Shown in pieces: positions 48,332 through 58,819 of a stretch of 64,000 bases of DNA. The DNA comes from Raillietiella orientalis (Eukaryota): positions 1-64,000 of the forward strand of contig JAYWIR010000019.1 of NCBI GenBank assembly GCA_036172245.1, read 5' to 3'. How positions within the stretch are numbered: position 1 is the stretch's first letter; each line of letters opens with the position of its first letter. A program made the translations under genes and the position numbers. A model generated the notes under the pieces. That model made no database searches and was not told the DNA's origin. It saw nothing but the letters and a program-made list of their open reading frames with translations.

Positions 48332-49762
48332 ACGCCATCTTGCTCGGCTGCTCAGCCGTTTTCATACGCGTCGGTGGCGGCGGGGCAGGTCAGTGTCCAC
48401 CCGCCGAGAAAATTCGGAAAGCCCCTAAGGGGAAAAGTAGAAAGGGTGGACCGTCCGGTTGTCCAGTTAGGCCCGGAGGTGAAACCCATCATGTTTCGCA
48501 CAGGGCTGATAAAGTTCAGCAACATTAGGGAAGTATATCTGTCCCTAGATAAAACAGACTTGGACTTCGACCGCATTCAGGCGATCATTCCAAATCATTC
48601 AGGGTTCACAGTCTTCACAGACTGTGAAAACATCAGGGAGAGGTTGATCCAGAAAGGGATCAACATCCAAGGCAGGATGATCTGTGGTGTCGGCGAGATG
48701 CCGTACACCACGGTGTACATGAGTGGTATTTCGATTTACACACCACAACTAACGGTGTGGGAATACCTGGAACAGTTTGGAGAAGTTCTCGACCTCGAGT
48801 TCGAGAACTTCTCTGGAAAAATCTTTTCCGGCGACATGATCGCCAAGATAAAGCTAAAGGAAGGAGCGCAGATTCCCGGGATAGCCGTCATTGACGAACC
48901 ATCCCACTGCGTAAATGTACGCTACCGGCAGCAACCGGTATTTTGCACCGGGTGCAAGCAGTTCGGCCATAGGGCTGGCGCTTGCCCGACATCGCGATGT
49001 TACCGCTGTGGCAAGATTGGGCATCAAGTCCGAAACTGCCCACAGCCGGAGGTTTGTTCCTTCTGCAAGAAGCACGGACACGCTAAATGGAGCTGTCCGG
49101 AATTCGCTAATTGCAGAAGGATTCGTGGACTCTCTCCTGTGAGAGAGAGGAGTGTGAGGGAGGCGGAACAGCCTCAGAAGATGGCAGGAAGGCCGAAGAA
49201 GACGAGGGAAGTCGCCCCGGCATCGGCGGACGGCTTCATAGAAGTCGGAAAGAAGGGGAAGAGGAGGATGCTCGTCAAGGAGCAGGAAGCCTCTCTTACC
49301 CCAGAAGTAGCGGAAGAAGGCGAAAAAATGGAGACAGTACAGGAGGAAGAGAAAGCAGTGGAAGAAGTCACTCCGGTGTCGCAGGAGGCCCTGCAGTCCA
49401 CCGAGGAGTTGACGAAGCTTTCCGAAGAAGTGATGGAGGTGCAAAGCGGGCCCCAGCAGGTGCAAATCCTGCAGAAGATCTGCGATGCACAGGAAACTGT
49501 GAACCAGGTGGTGGAGGTAGCTGAACGAAAGAAGCTGGAGGAACAGCTTCTTGAAGTGAAGGCCAACTTCTGCGCCAAGGTCGAGATAGAGGCTCTATCT
49601 CGGAAATTAATAGCGCGAGCCGAACACTCTACAGAAGAGGCGGAAATAACCGACCTCACTGGGGCGGAGAGTGACGCGGCAAGCGATAAACCCGCTCCTT
49701 CTTCAACGTCTGGGAGATCACGCTCTCCCAGACAGAAGAAGCTCAGGAAGGCCAAAAAGTAG
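48332..49762 (+). CDS. Family B ORF1 (three CCHC zinc knuckles); start uncertain
   Basis: CTGCKQFGHRAGAC, CYRCGKIGHQVRNC, CSFCKKHGHAKWSC. ACG at 48332 aligns with the ATG of copy 2 (53495); the first in-frame ATG inside the element is 48491. Confidence 0.85.
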   Translation, partial: TPSCSAAQPFSYASVAAGQVSVHPPRKFGKPLRGKVERVDRPVVQLGPEVKPIMFRTGLIKFSNIREVYLSLDKTDLDFDRIQAIIPNHSGFTVFTDCENIRERLIQKGINIQGRMICGVGEMPYTTVYMSGISIYTPQLTVWEYLEQFGEVLDLEFENFSGKIFSGDMIAKIKLKEGAQIPGIAVIDEPSHCVNVRYRQQPVFCTGCKQFGHRAGACPTSRCYRCGKIGHQVRNCPQPEVCSFCKKHGHAKWSCPEFANCRRIRGLSPVRERSVREAEQPQKMAGRPKKTREVAPASADGFIEVGKKGKRRMLVKEQEASLTPEVAEEGEKMETVQEEEKAVEEVTPVSQEALQSTEELTKLSEEVMEVQSGPQQVQILQKICDAQETVNQVVEVAERKKLEEQLLEVKANFCAKVEIEALSRKLIARAEHSTEEAEITDLTGAESDAASDKPAPSSTSGRSRSPRQKKLRKAKK

Positions 49763-49774
49763 GTCTTCCCCTTT

Positions 49775-52700
49775 ATGGCCTCATACCTATCGACCGCCAG
49801 GAGGCTGAACATCGCCTCCTGGAACGTAAACGGTTTGATCGACCAGACCAAGAGGAAAAGAATCGTGCGGACCATCGCACGACAAGATATCGTCTGCCTG
49901 CAGGAGACCCACAAGATGGGTCTCGAGGTTAGTCAGCGGATGGAACGGCGTTTCAATGGGCAGATTTTCGTCAGCGAGGGAGAACGGAACACGCAGGGTG
50001 TGGCGGTCTTAATCAAGAACCATTTGGCCCCCACTATCCTAGAAGTGTTCTGTCCCTTAGCTGGACGCATCATCGGAGTGCGACTGGCCTGGTCCGCTAC
50101 TGTTCACCTTATTTTGGTGAGCGTGTACGGACCGCACAGACTAAAACATCGTTGCGCGGAGTCGCTGCATGCAGCACTTCGGGAAAAGGTCGCGCCCAAG
50201 GACGTCGTGATCGTCGCTGGCGATCTGAACATCCTGGACGAAATCACACATTCCCAGGACGCCAGAGGAAGGTCGGCGTATCGGCGGCTATCCGACGAGT
50301 TCGGATTGTTGTGGCGAACAGCAAGCCACAAGCCGATCGATCACGTCCTCCATAGCACGGAATTAGGGAATCGTATTCTGGGTTTTCGCGACATACCCAT
50401 CACCCTGTCCGATCACCCGCTAGTGCGTTTTTCCCTAAGGACGGAGAATCCTCGGCGAAAGCAAGGCACCAGGGCAGCGCTCATCAGCATGCCCGTCTGG
50501 TTCGAAACACATCCTGGACATCAGGAGGTCCTAGAGGCGATTCTCAAAGCGACTACAATTCGAAGAGTCGCCGACTGGGACAGCCTGAAACACAGGATAC
50601 ACCTGTTTGCGAATATGCAGTTTGGCGATAGACGATTGAGGCAGGAAGCATACCGGGAGTTAAACATCAAAGATCGCTCACTCTCCAAGTACTTCGAGGA
50701 ATACGAGAGTCGGTATGTCTTCCATAATGTAAAAGGGGAAGTCGGCGTGCTGGAGAAGAGGAATCTGGCAACAGATATCTTCTGCATCCAGTACGCCGAT
50801 CAAAGTCGGCACACGTCTGAAGATATCGTAGATGCCTTCGAAAGGCACTATACGGAACATTTTCGATGCGAACACCTGTGTTCGACTGCACAAAACACCT
50901 TCCTGGGCTATTTGGAAAAGAAGCTTGACGACCTCCAGCGGAAGAGACTGGAGGAGGATATTACTGAAGAAGAGGTGAAGACTGCGTTCGGTCAATTACG
51001 CAAGGATGTGGCAGCAGGCCCTGATGATGTTCCCATCTCTCATTATCAGAGGTATCTGCATGCCTACCTGCGTTTATTCCACCAGTTGACCCTCTGCATC
51101 CGACAAGAAGGACGACTGCCGGAGTCCTTCTACGAGAGCAGGACGAGATTATTGCCGAAAGGGGGCGATCTGTCTAGGATAGCACAATGGAGGCCAATCT
51201 CGATCCTTAACTCGGATGCCAAGTGGTTGGCAAAGATCTGGGCCAACCGCTTAGGCAAAGTAATGTCGAGGCTAATATCTCCTGTCCAGACGTGTGCGGT
51301 ACCCGGACGTCACATGCTGGACAATGTCAAGTGCGCGCAGGCTATCGTGGGACTCAGCCGATACGTCGGAGAGAACCTGGTGCTTGCGTTCACTGACATG
51401 GAGAAAGCCTTCGACACCGTCGATCACGGGATGCTGCTGAAGATTCTGGAAAAGCTGGGACTCCCAGAATACTTCAGCATCTTCGTGCGAATGATCCTCC
51501 GGAATCAACGCTTCCGGATAAAGATCAACGGAGTGGAAACGGCAGTCATTCGGATGGAGCGAGGAGTTCGGCAGGGCGACTCGCTAAGTCCGATGCTGTT
51601 CGTTATCTACATGGAGGCGCTCTCTTTTTTCGTCGAGAAGAACGGACGGATGAAAGGAGTAGAGGTAGACAACCAGAAGCTCACCCATCTAGCATACGCG
51701 GACGATCTCCTCTTCTTCATAAGAGGAAAGAGGGATCAAGAAACGTTCCTGGACGTGGTGGGCCTTATGAAAGATGGATTGGGCTTAAAAATCAACGCCC
51801 AGAAAAGCCAGCTTTTGCCCGTCGGAATACTGGATCTCTCCACACTCATGGGGAGTGGTTTCCGTACGGTAGATACGGCCAAGTACCTGGGAATCCACAT
51901 AGGCGACGACTCCGCGTCGAAGCTGCTGTGGACCGAAATCCTGGGGAAAACGGCCAACGAAGCAGCAAAATACACTCGAGTGGACTTTGGGGTGAAGCAA
52001 AGGGCCAACCTCTGGAACGGAGTACTCCTTCCAAAGGTACTCTTTGGAGCGGCTTTCGCTAGAATGGACAAAGAAACCTCGAGAGAAGTAGAGAAGCTGC
52101 AACGAAAAACACTGTGGGGCCACTATCGCCCAAGAGTCCGTTTAAAACCCCTGTGTCGTCCCAGGGAAGAAGGCGGTTCCGGGATGAAGTCGCCTGCACA
52201 CTCCATGGAAATCATGGATACGCGACACATACTGGACATAGCCACCCGCTGGGATGACTGGCCGTATGCAGCACACAGGGCCTACGCGTTGTTGTTAAAC
52301 AACTCGAAAGGCCTTATGACTGCGCTGCTAGGCCGAGCAGGAGAGTGGATGTCCATCGACCCAACCTGGAGGAGGAAGCAACGGCTGGTGCGCAAGCACA
52401 AAATCAAGATCGTGCCGCGAAGCAGGGAACTCTGGCAGGAGGAATCCATCCTGGTGATCCCCTGGATGCTTCCGGTCCCTTCGGACACGAGAAGCTGGAT
52501 CTACCGGCGGCCCGGAGTTACCCTGCAACGAATCCAGGAATGGAGAAGAGGAGGTTACCTACGTCATACTCGTATACTTCGGTATATAGAGATGATGTTA
52601 GGAAGGTACACCCATATGACCCGTGAGGTGTGGATCAACCACAACGATCTCGCGTGGTCTAGGGTAACCAAAATTAACCTCAGAAGACTTATTCGAGAAG

Positions 52701-53293
52701 ATGACCAAGACATCAGTGCCCTCCAAGAAGCAGCCGAACGCTACGGGAGCGATCGCATCAACCTGCTAGCGATTGGCACCACGCTCTGGAGGAGTGACCT
52801 TCCGCCGAAGACCCAGGACGACCTCCTGATGTTTTACCATGGAGGAATCCAAAGTGGGTCTAGACTCCAGTATTTTACCGGAAGACGGGAAGATCAAGAC
52901 TGCGTAGCATGTGGAGACACCGACACCAGACTTCATGTCTTGACGTGTCCCACATTGCTACACGACTGGCTGACCCTGAAAAGGATCATAGGACTTACCA
53001 ACAAGTCCGTTATGGAAATCCTCGCCGGGATGTTTCAGGGGGATGGTAATGTTCCCTGTTACAATCCCATGGTGAGGACGACCATAGCTCTCTTCATCAC
53101 CGCCATACTCGTGCGGTGGTGGAAGATGAGGAAAGCCAGAAGAGCCGCACCTCCGATGGAGATCCTTCAAGGACTCATCAAGAAGGAGATAGGCATCAGG
53201 AACTGTGGACGAATCCATGCCTGGACGTACCGGTTCATCCTGAAGATGATTGAAGACGACGCCCGGGACCAAGCATCCGGAAACTCACCCTGA
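49775..53293 (+). CDS. Family B ORF2: APE endonuclease + RT + C-terminal zinc finger, uninterrupted
   Basis: SWNVNG, LQETH, VYGP, GDLN, IDH, SDH; WRPIS, DMEKAFD, GVRQGDSLSP, AYADD, KYLG; CVACGDTDTRLHVLTC. Confidence 0.95.
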   Translation: MASYLSTARRLNIASWNVNGLIDQTKRKRIVRTIARQDIVCLQETHKMGLEVSQRMERRFNGQIFVSEGERNTQGVAVLIKNHLAPTILEVFCPLAGRIIGVRLAWSATVHLILVSVYGPHRLKHRCAESLHAALREKVAPKDVVIVAGDLNILDEITHSQDARGRSAYRRLSDEFGLLWRTASHKPIDHVLHSTELGNRILGFRDIPITLSDHPLVRFSLRTENPRRKQGTRAALISMPVWFETHPGHQEVLEAILKATTIRRVADWDSLKHRIHLFANMQFGDRRLRQEAYRELNIKDRSLSKYFEEYESRYVFHNVKGEVGVLEKRNLATDIFCIQYADQSRHTSEDIVDAFERHYTEHFRCEHLCSTAQNTFLGYLEKKLDDLQRKRLEEDITEEEVKTAFGQLRKDVAAGPDDVPISHYQRYLHAYLRLFHQLTLCIRQEGRLPESFYESRTRLLPKGGDLSRIAQWRPISILNSDAKWLAKIWANRLGKVMSRLISPVQTCAVPGRHMLDNVKCAQAIVGLSRYVGENLVLAFTDMEKAFDTVDHGMLLKILEKLGLPEYFSIFVRMILRNQRFRIKINGVETAVIRMERGVRQGDSLSPMLFVIYMEALSFFVEKNGRMKGVEVDNQKLTHLAYADDLLFFIRGKRDQETFLDVVGLMKDGLGLKINAQKSQLLPVGILDLSTLMGSGFRTVDTAKYLGIHIGDDSASKLLWTEILGKTANEAAKYTRVDFGVKQRANLWNGVLLPKVLFGAAFARMDKETSREVEKLQRKTLWGHYRPRVRLKPLCRPREEGGSGMKSPAHSMEIMDTRHILDIATRWDDWPYAAHRAYALLLNNSKGLMTALLGRAGEWMSIDPTWRRKQRLVRKHKIKIVPRSRELWQEESILVIPWMLPVPSDTRSWIYRRPGVTLQRIQEWRRGGYLRHTRILRYIEMMLGRYTHMTREVWINHNDLAWSRVTKINLRRLIREDDQDISALQEAAERYGSDRINLLAIGTTLWRSDLPPKTQDDLLMFYHGGIQSGSRLQYFTGRREDQDCVACGDTDTRLHVLTCPTLLHDWLTLKRIIGLTNKSVMEILAGMFQGDGNVPCYNPMVRTTIALFITAILVRWWKMRKARRAAPPMEILQGLIKKEIGIRNCGRIHAWTYRFILKMIEDDARDQASGNSP

Positions 53294-53432
53294 TAGCAGA
53301 ACTTGAGAAACCCCAGAGACTTCAAAGCGGTAATACAGTGCCAGTGGTATGAATGAGATTGTAGTATGAATGTTATAAAATGAAAAATAAATTTACCCCA
53401 CCCCTTGTGGGACTTGGGGAAAATCGAGGTTA

Positions 53433-56400
53433 AGGTCGCGCCCGAGGCGGTGTCCCAGGCGGGACCCGCGCGCGTCTACGTGGCGAACTTCGCGATGTCA
53501 TCTTCCTCGGCTGCGGCGGTGCAGCCTTTTTTATATGCGGCGGTGTCGGCGGGCCAGGCAAGTGCTCAGCCTCTGATAAAATTTGACAGACTCGAGAGGG
53601 GAAAGATCACCCGGGTCAAGGAGCCGATTGTGCGGCTCAGTCCGGCATCGAAACCAATAATGTTTAAGACCGGACTGATCCGCTTCAATAACGTGAAAGA
53701 AGTCTATCTAGCACTATATAAGACCTATGTGGATTTTGATTGCCTGCAGGCGATCATTACGAGTACGACGGAGTTTACTATCTACACAGATAGTGAACCA
53801 CTGAGGGAGGCCCTGATCGAGAAGGGCATAAACATCCAGGGGCGGATGGTTTGTGGGATCGGTGAAATGCCGTACACGACCGTCTTCATAAAAGGCCTAA
53901 ATCATAATACTGAGCAGGACGCTGTTTGGGACTTCTTGTCCAAGTATGGGGAGTTCTGGATGTAGAGTTCCAGAACATCTCTGGAAAAATCTTCTCTGGC
54001 GAGGTGATCGCCAAGGTGAAGTTGCAGGAGGAAGCACAGATCCCTGGGATGGTGCGTATCGATGGAGACTCCCAGGAGGTCTCTATCTCTTATAGGCAGC
54101 AACCTGTGTTCTGCACAGGTTGCAAACTCTTTGGCCATCGTCGGGGTGCCTGCCCCAGGGCTCGCTGCTTCCGTTGTGGGAAGCAGGGACACCTGGTACG
54201 CAATTGCGACATGCCCGAGGTCTGCTCGTTTGGCAAGCAGCCAGGGCATGCGAAGTGGTGCTGTCCGGAGTTTGCCAACTATCGGACTATGCGTGGCCAG
54301 TCCCCCGTGCGGGAAAAGGCGTTGACCGAGGTCGTGAAACCTCAGAAGGTAATAAAGCAGAGGAAGGCGAAGGAGGCCGCTCCGGTTTCGGCGGACGGCT
54401 TTGTGGAGGTTGGTAAGAAGGGGAAGAGGAAGATGCTCATCAAGGAGCAGGAAGCTCCTCTAACCAAGAAGTATTAGCAGTGGAAGGCGAAAATATGGAA
54501 GTAGCGGAAGAAAGCGAGAAGGCGGAAAAGGTGGAATCCATTCCGGTGTCGCAGGAGGCCCTGCAGATACCGAAGAGGTCGAAAAATTGGCGGAGGAGGT
54601 TATGGAAGTGCAGACCGAACCTCAGCAGGAGCAACTCCTGCAGAAGATCTGCAATGCGCAACAAACAGTCAACCAGGTGGTGGAGGTTGCCGAGCGCGAG
54701 TAACTGGAAGACAAACTTCTCGACGTAAAGGCAAACTTCTGCGCCAAGGTGGCGTTGGAAGCCCTCCCACGCAAGATGGTCGCACGAGCCGAGCACTCCA
54801 CCGAAGAGACCGACATCACCGATCTCACCGGGACGGAGAGCGACGCTGGCAGCGAGAGACCCGCTCCTGCTTCTTCGTCTGGAAGAGCACCACGCTCTCC
54901 CAGACAGAAGAAACTCAGGAAGGCCAAGAAGTAGGCCTTCCCCTTTTATGACCTCAACCCTATCGACCGCCAGGAGGATTAACATCGCCTCCTGGAATGT
55001 AAACGGTCTGATCAACCAGGTTAAAACAAGAAGAATTGTGCGGATCATCGCACAACAAGACATCGTGTGCCTGCAGGAGACCCACACGTTGGGTCTCCAG
55101 ATCATCCAGCAAATGGAACGACGTTTCGATGGGCAGATGTTCGTCAGCGAAGGACAGTGGAACACGGAAGGTGTGGTGGTCTTGGTCACGAACCAACTAG
55201 CCCCTACCATTCTGGAAGTCTTCTGTCCCTTGCCGGGACGTATCATCGGCGTGCGACTGGCCTGGTCCGCTAACGTTCACCTTTTCTTGGTAAACGTGTA
55301 CGGGTCACACAGTTACAAACATCGATGTGCGGAGGCGCTGCATGCGGCACTCCGAAAAAAAGTCGCGCCCAAGGACGTCGTGATCGTTGCTGGCGATCTC
55401 AATATCCTGGACGAACCCACAAGATCCCAGGACGCCGGAGGAAGAAAGGCGTATAGGCGGCTTTCCGACGAGTTCGGATTGCTGTGGCGAACGGCAAGCC
55501 ACAGGCCAATAGACCACGTCCTTCACAGTACTGAATTAGGGAAGCGCATTCACGGTTTTCGTGACATCCCCAATGCGCTGTCCGATCACCCGTTGGTGCT
55601 ATTTTCCCTAAGGACGGAAAATCCTCGCCGAAGGCAAGGCACCAGGGCGGCGCTCATCAGCATGCCCGCCTGGTTCGAGAACCATCCCTGTCATCAGGAA
55701 GTTCTGGAGACGATTCTGAAGACCACCACGATCCGAAGAGTCGCCGACTGGGACAGCCTGAAGCACAGAATCCATCTCTTTGCAAATATGTAATTCGGAG
55801 ATAGGAGATTGAGGCAGGAGGCGTACCGGGAGCTGAACATCCAAGATCGCTCCCTCTCAAAGTACTTTGAGAGGTAGGAGAGTCGGTACGTCTTCCATAG
55901 CACAAAAGGGGAAGTCGGCGTACTGGAGAAGAAGAATCTGGCCACAGATATCTTTCGGATTCAGTACGGCAACCATAGCCGACACACGTCGGAGGACATA
56001 GTGGATGCCTTCGAAAGGCATTACACGAAACACTTTCGGCGCGATCATCTGTGTCAGGCGATACAGAATACCTTCTTGAGTCATCTGAAAAAAAAGATTG
56101 GCAAGCTCCAGCGTAAGAGTCTGGAGGAGGATTTTTCCGAGGAAGAGGTGAAGACTGCGTTCAAGGAATTACGCAAGGATGTAGCGGCAGGACCTGACAG
56201 TGTCTTATCAGTCACAATCAACGGTACCTGCACGCCTACTTGCGGTTATTCCACCAGTTAACCCTCTGCATCCGCCAAGAAGGACGATTGCAGGAGACCT
56301 TCTACGAAAGTAGGACGAGATTGTTGCCGAAAGGAGGTGATCTAACGCAGGTCACCCAATGGAGGCCAATCTCAGTGCTCAACTCGGATGCCAAGTGGTT

Positions 56401-58600
56401 GGCAAAGATCTGGGCCAACCGCTTAGGCAAGGTTATGTCGAGGCTGATTTCTCCCGTCCAGACATGTGCGGTACCCGGACGCCACATGTCGGACAATGTT
56501 AAGTGCGCGCAGGCCACCGTGGGACTTAGCCGATACGTCGGCGAGAACCTGGTGCTGGCGTTCACCGACATGGAGAAAGCCTTCGACACCATCGACCACG
56601 GGATGCTGCTGAAGATTCTGGAAAAACTGGGACTTCCCGAATACTTTAGCACCTTTGTGGAAATGATCCTCAGGAATCAACGTTTCCGGATAAAGATCAA
56701 CGGTTTAGAAACAGCAGCTATTCGGATGAGCGAGGAGTCCGGCAAGGCGACTCGTTAAGTCCGATGCTGTTTGTTATCTATATGGAGGCGCTCTCTTCAT
56801 TCATTGAAAACAGTGGGAGATTACAAGGAATAAAAATTGACAACCAGAAGCTCACCCATCTCGCCTACGCGGATGATCTTCTCTTCTTCATCAGGGGAAA
56901 GAGGGATCAGCAAGCGTTTTTGGATGTGGTGATGCTCATGAAACAGGGACTGGGTCTGAAGATCAACGCCCAGATGAGCCAGCTTTTGCCCATCGGAATC
57001 CTGGATCTCTCCGCTCTCACGGGGAGAGAATTCCTGAAGGTGGACATGGCCAAGTCTCTGGGAGTCTACATTGGCGACGACTCTGCGTCGAAGCTACTGT
57101 GGAAGGAAATCCTGGGGAAAACGGCAGAAGAAGCAGCGAAATACACCCAACTGGGTTTTGACATGAAGCGAAGGGCCAACCTATGGAATGGAGTCCTCCT
57201 TCCAAAGGTACTCTTCGGAACGGCCTTCGACAAGTTGAACAAAGAAAACACCAGAGAAGTGGAAAAGCTGCAGAGAAAGACATTGTGGGGACACTATCGC
57301 CCAAGAGTCCGGCTGAAACAACTGTGTCGTCACAGGGAAGAAGGTGGCTCAGGGATGAAGTCGCTTGCACATTCCATGGAAATCATGGATACGCGACATA
57401 TCCTGGATATCGCTACTCACTGGGATGACTGGCCGTATGCGGCGCATAGGGCCTACGCGTTGTTGTTGAACAACTCGAAAGGCCTGATGACTGCGCTGCT
57501 AGGCCGAACAGGGGAATGGTGAACCATCGACCCCACCTGGACAAGAAAGCAAAGGCTAGTGCGAAAGCACAAGATAAAAATCGTGCCTAAAAGTAGGGAA
57601 CTCTGGCAGGAGGAGTCCATCCTGGTGATCCCATGGATGCTTCCGGTCTCCCAAGACACGAGAAGCTGGATCTACCAGCGGTCCAGAGTTACCCTACAAC
57701 GCATCCGGGAGTTCAGAAGAGGAGGATACCCACATTACACTCGTATACTTCGGTATATAGAGATGATGGTGGGTAGGTTCACCCATATGACCCGCGAAGT
57801 GTGGATCAACCACGATGACCTCGCGTGGTCCAGGGTAACCAAGGTGAACCTCCGAAGAATGATTAAGGATGAGGACCAAGACACCAGTGCCCTCCAAGAA
57901 GCCGCCGATCGCTGCGGGAGTAACTGTTTTAACCTGTTGGCGATTGGCACGACACTCTGGAGGAGTGACCTTCCGCCGGACTCTCTGGACGACCTCCTGA
58001 TGTTCTATCATGGAGGAATCCAGACCGGGTCCAGGCTCAAGCACTTCACAGGAAGACGGGAAGATGAAGACTGCACGGCATGTGGAGACATCGATACGAG
58101 ACTACACATCTTGACGTGTCCCACTTTGCTACGCGACTGGCTGATCCTGAAAAGGATGATAGGACAAAACAACAAGTCCGTGATGGAAATCCTCGCCGGG
58201 ATGTTTCAGGGAGATGGTAATGTTCCCTGTTACAATCCCATGGTGAGGATGACCATTGCCCTCTTCATCACCGCCATACTTGTGCGATGGTGGAAGATGA
58301 GGAAAGCCAGGAGAACCAGAACCCCCATGGAGATCCTACAAGGACTCATCCGCAGGGAGATTGGTATCAGGAACTGTGGACGACTCCAAGCCTGGACGTA
58401 CCGATTCATCCTGAAGAGGATTGAGGACGACGCCCGGGACCAAACATCTGGAAACCCACCCTGAATGCAGAACTTTGAGTATCCCAACGGACCTTCAAGG
58501 GAAGTGAAAGTAATAATATATTGTGTGAATGAAATTGTAGTATGGATGTTTAAAAAATTGAAAATAAATTCACCTCATCCCTTGTGGGACCTGGGGAAAA
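53433..58600 (+). mobile_element. Family B copy 2, full length, ORFs broken by stops and frameshifts
   Basis: Colinear with copy 1 (ORF pieces 53405..58464); same 5' 38 nt and 3' hairpin. Confidence 0.93.
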
Positions 58601-58740
58601 TTGCGCTCACGAATGCAATTCCTCCAGAGTGAGGCCTGGCCATTGCACTAAGGCAGGGCTGACCTTTGCGATAACCCCTAAAGCGGGTTACTCGGAAGCA
58701 TAATTTTTAGGTTGGGAGACTGCGTCCGCGCAGACTCCTA
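58601..58740 (+). ncRNA. RNU1: U1 snRNA gene, nt 24 to ~163 (3' part)
   Basis: SL1 loop TCACGAA, SL2 loop ATTGCAC (U1A site), SL3 ATAACCC..GGGTTAC, Sm-site-like AATTTTTAG, SL4 GGAG.CTGCG-TCCG-CGCAG.CTCC. Confidence 0.95.
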
Positions 58741-58819
58741 CTGAACAATACCAAAGAAAGCTTATGGCAAGCAGTGTGCTTTCCCCCTCACACACCGCTC
58801 GTCTTCAGCATAACCCCGG

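Larger units (their letters stand above)
48261..53423 (+). mobile_element. Family B Tx1-like element, copy 1, apparently full length with open ORFs, inserted in U1
   Basis: Open ORF1 and 1172-aa ORF2; 3' AATAAA + CCCCA..TGGGG hairpin; U1 sequence on both sides. Confidence 0.93.
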
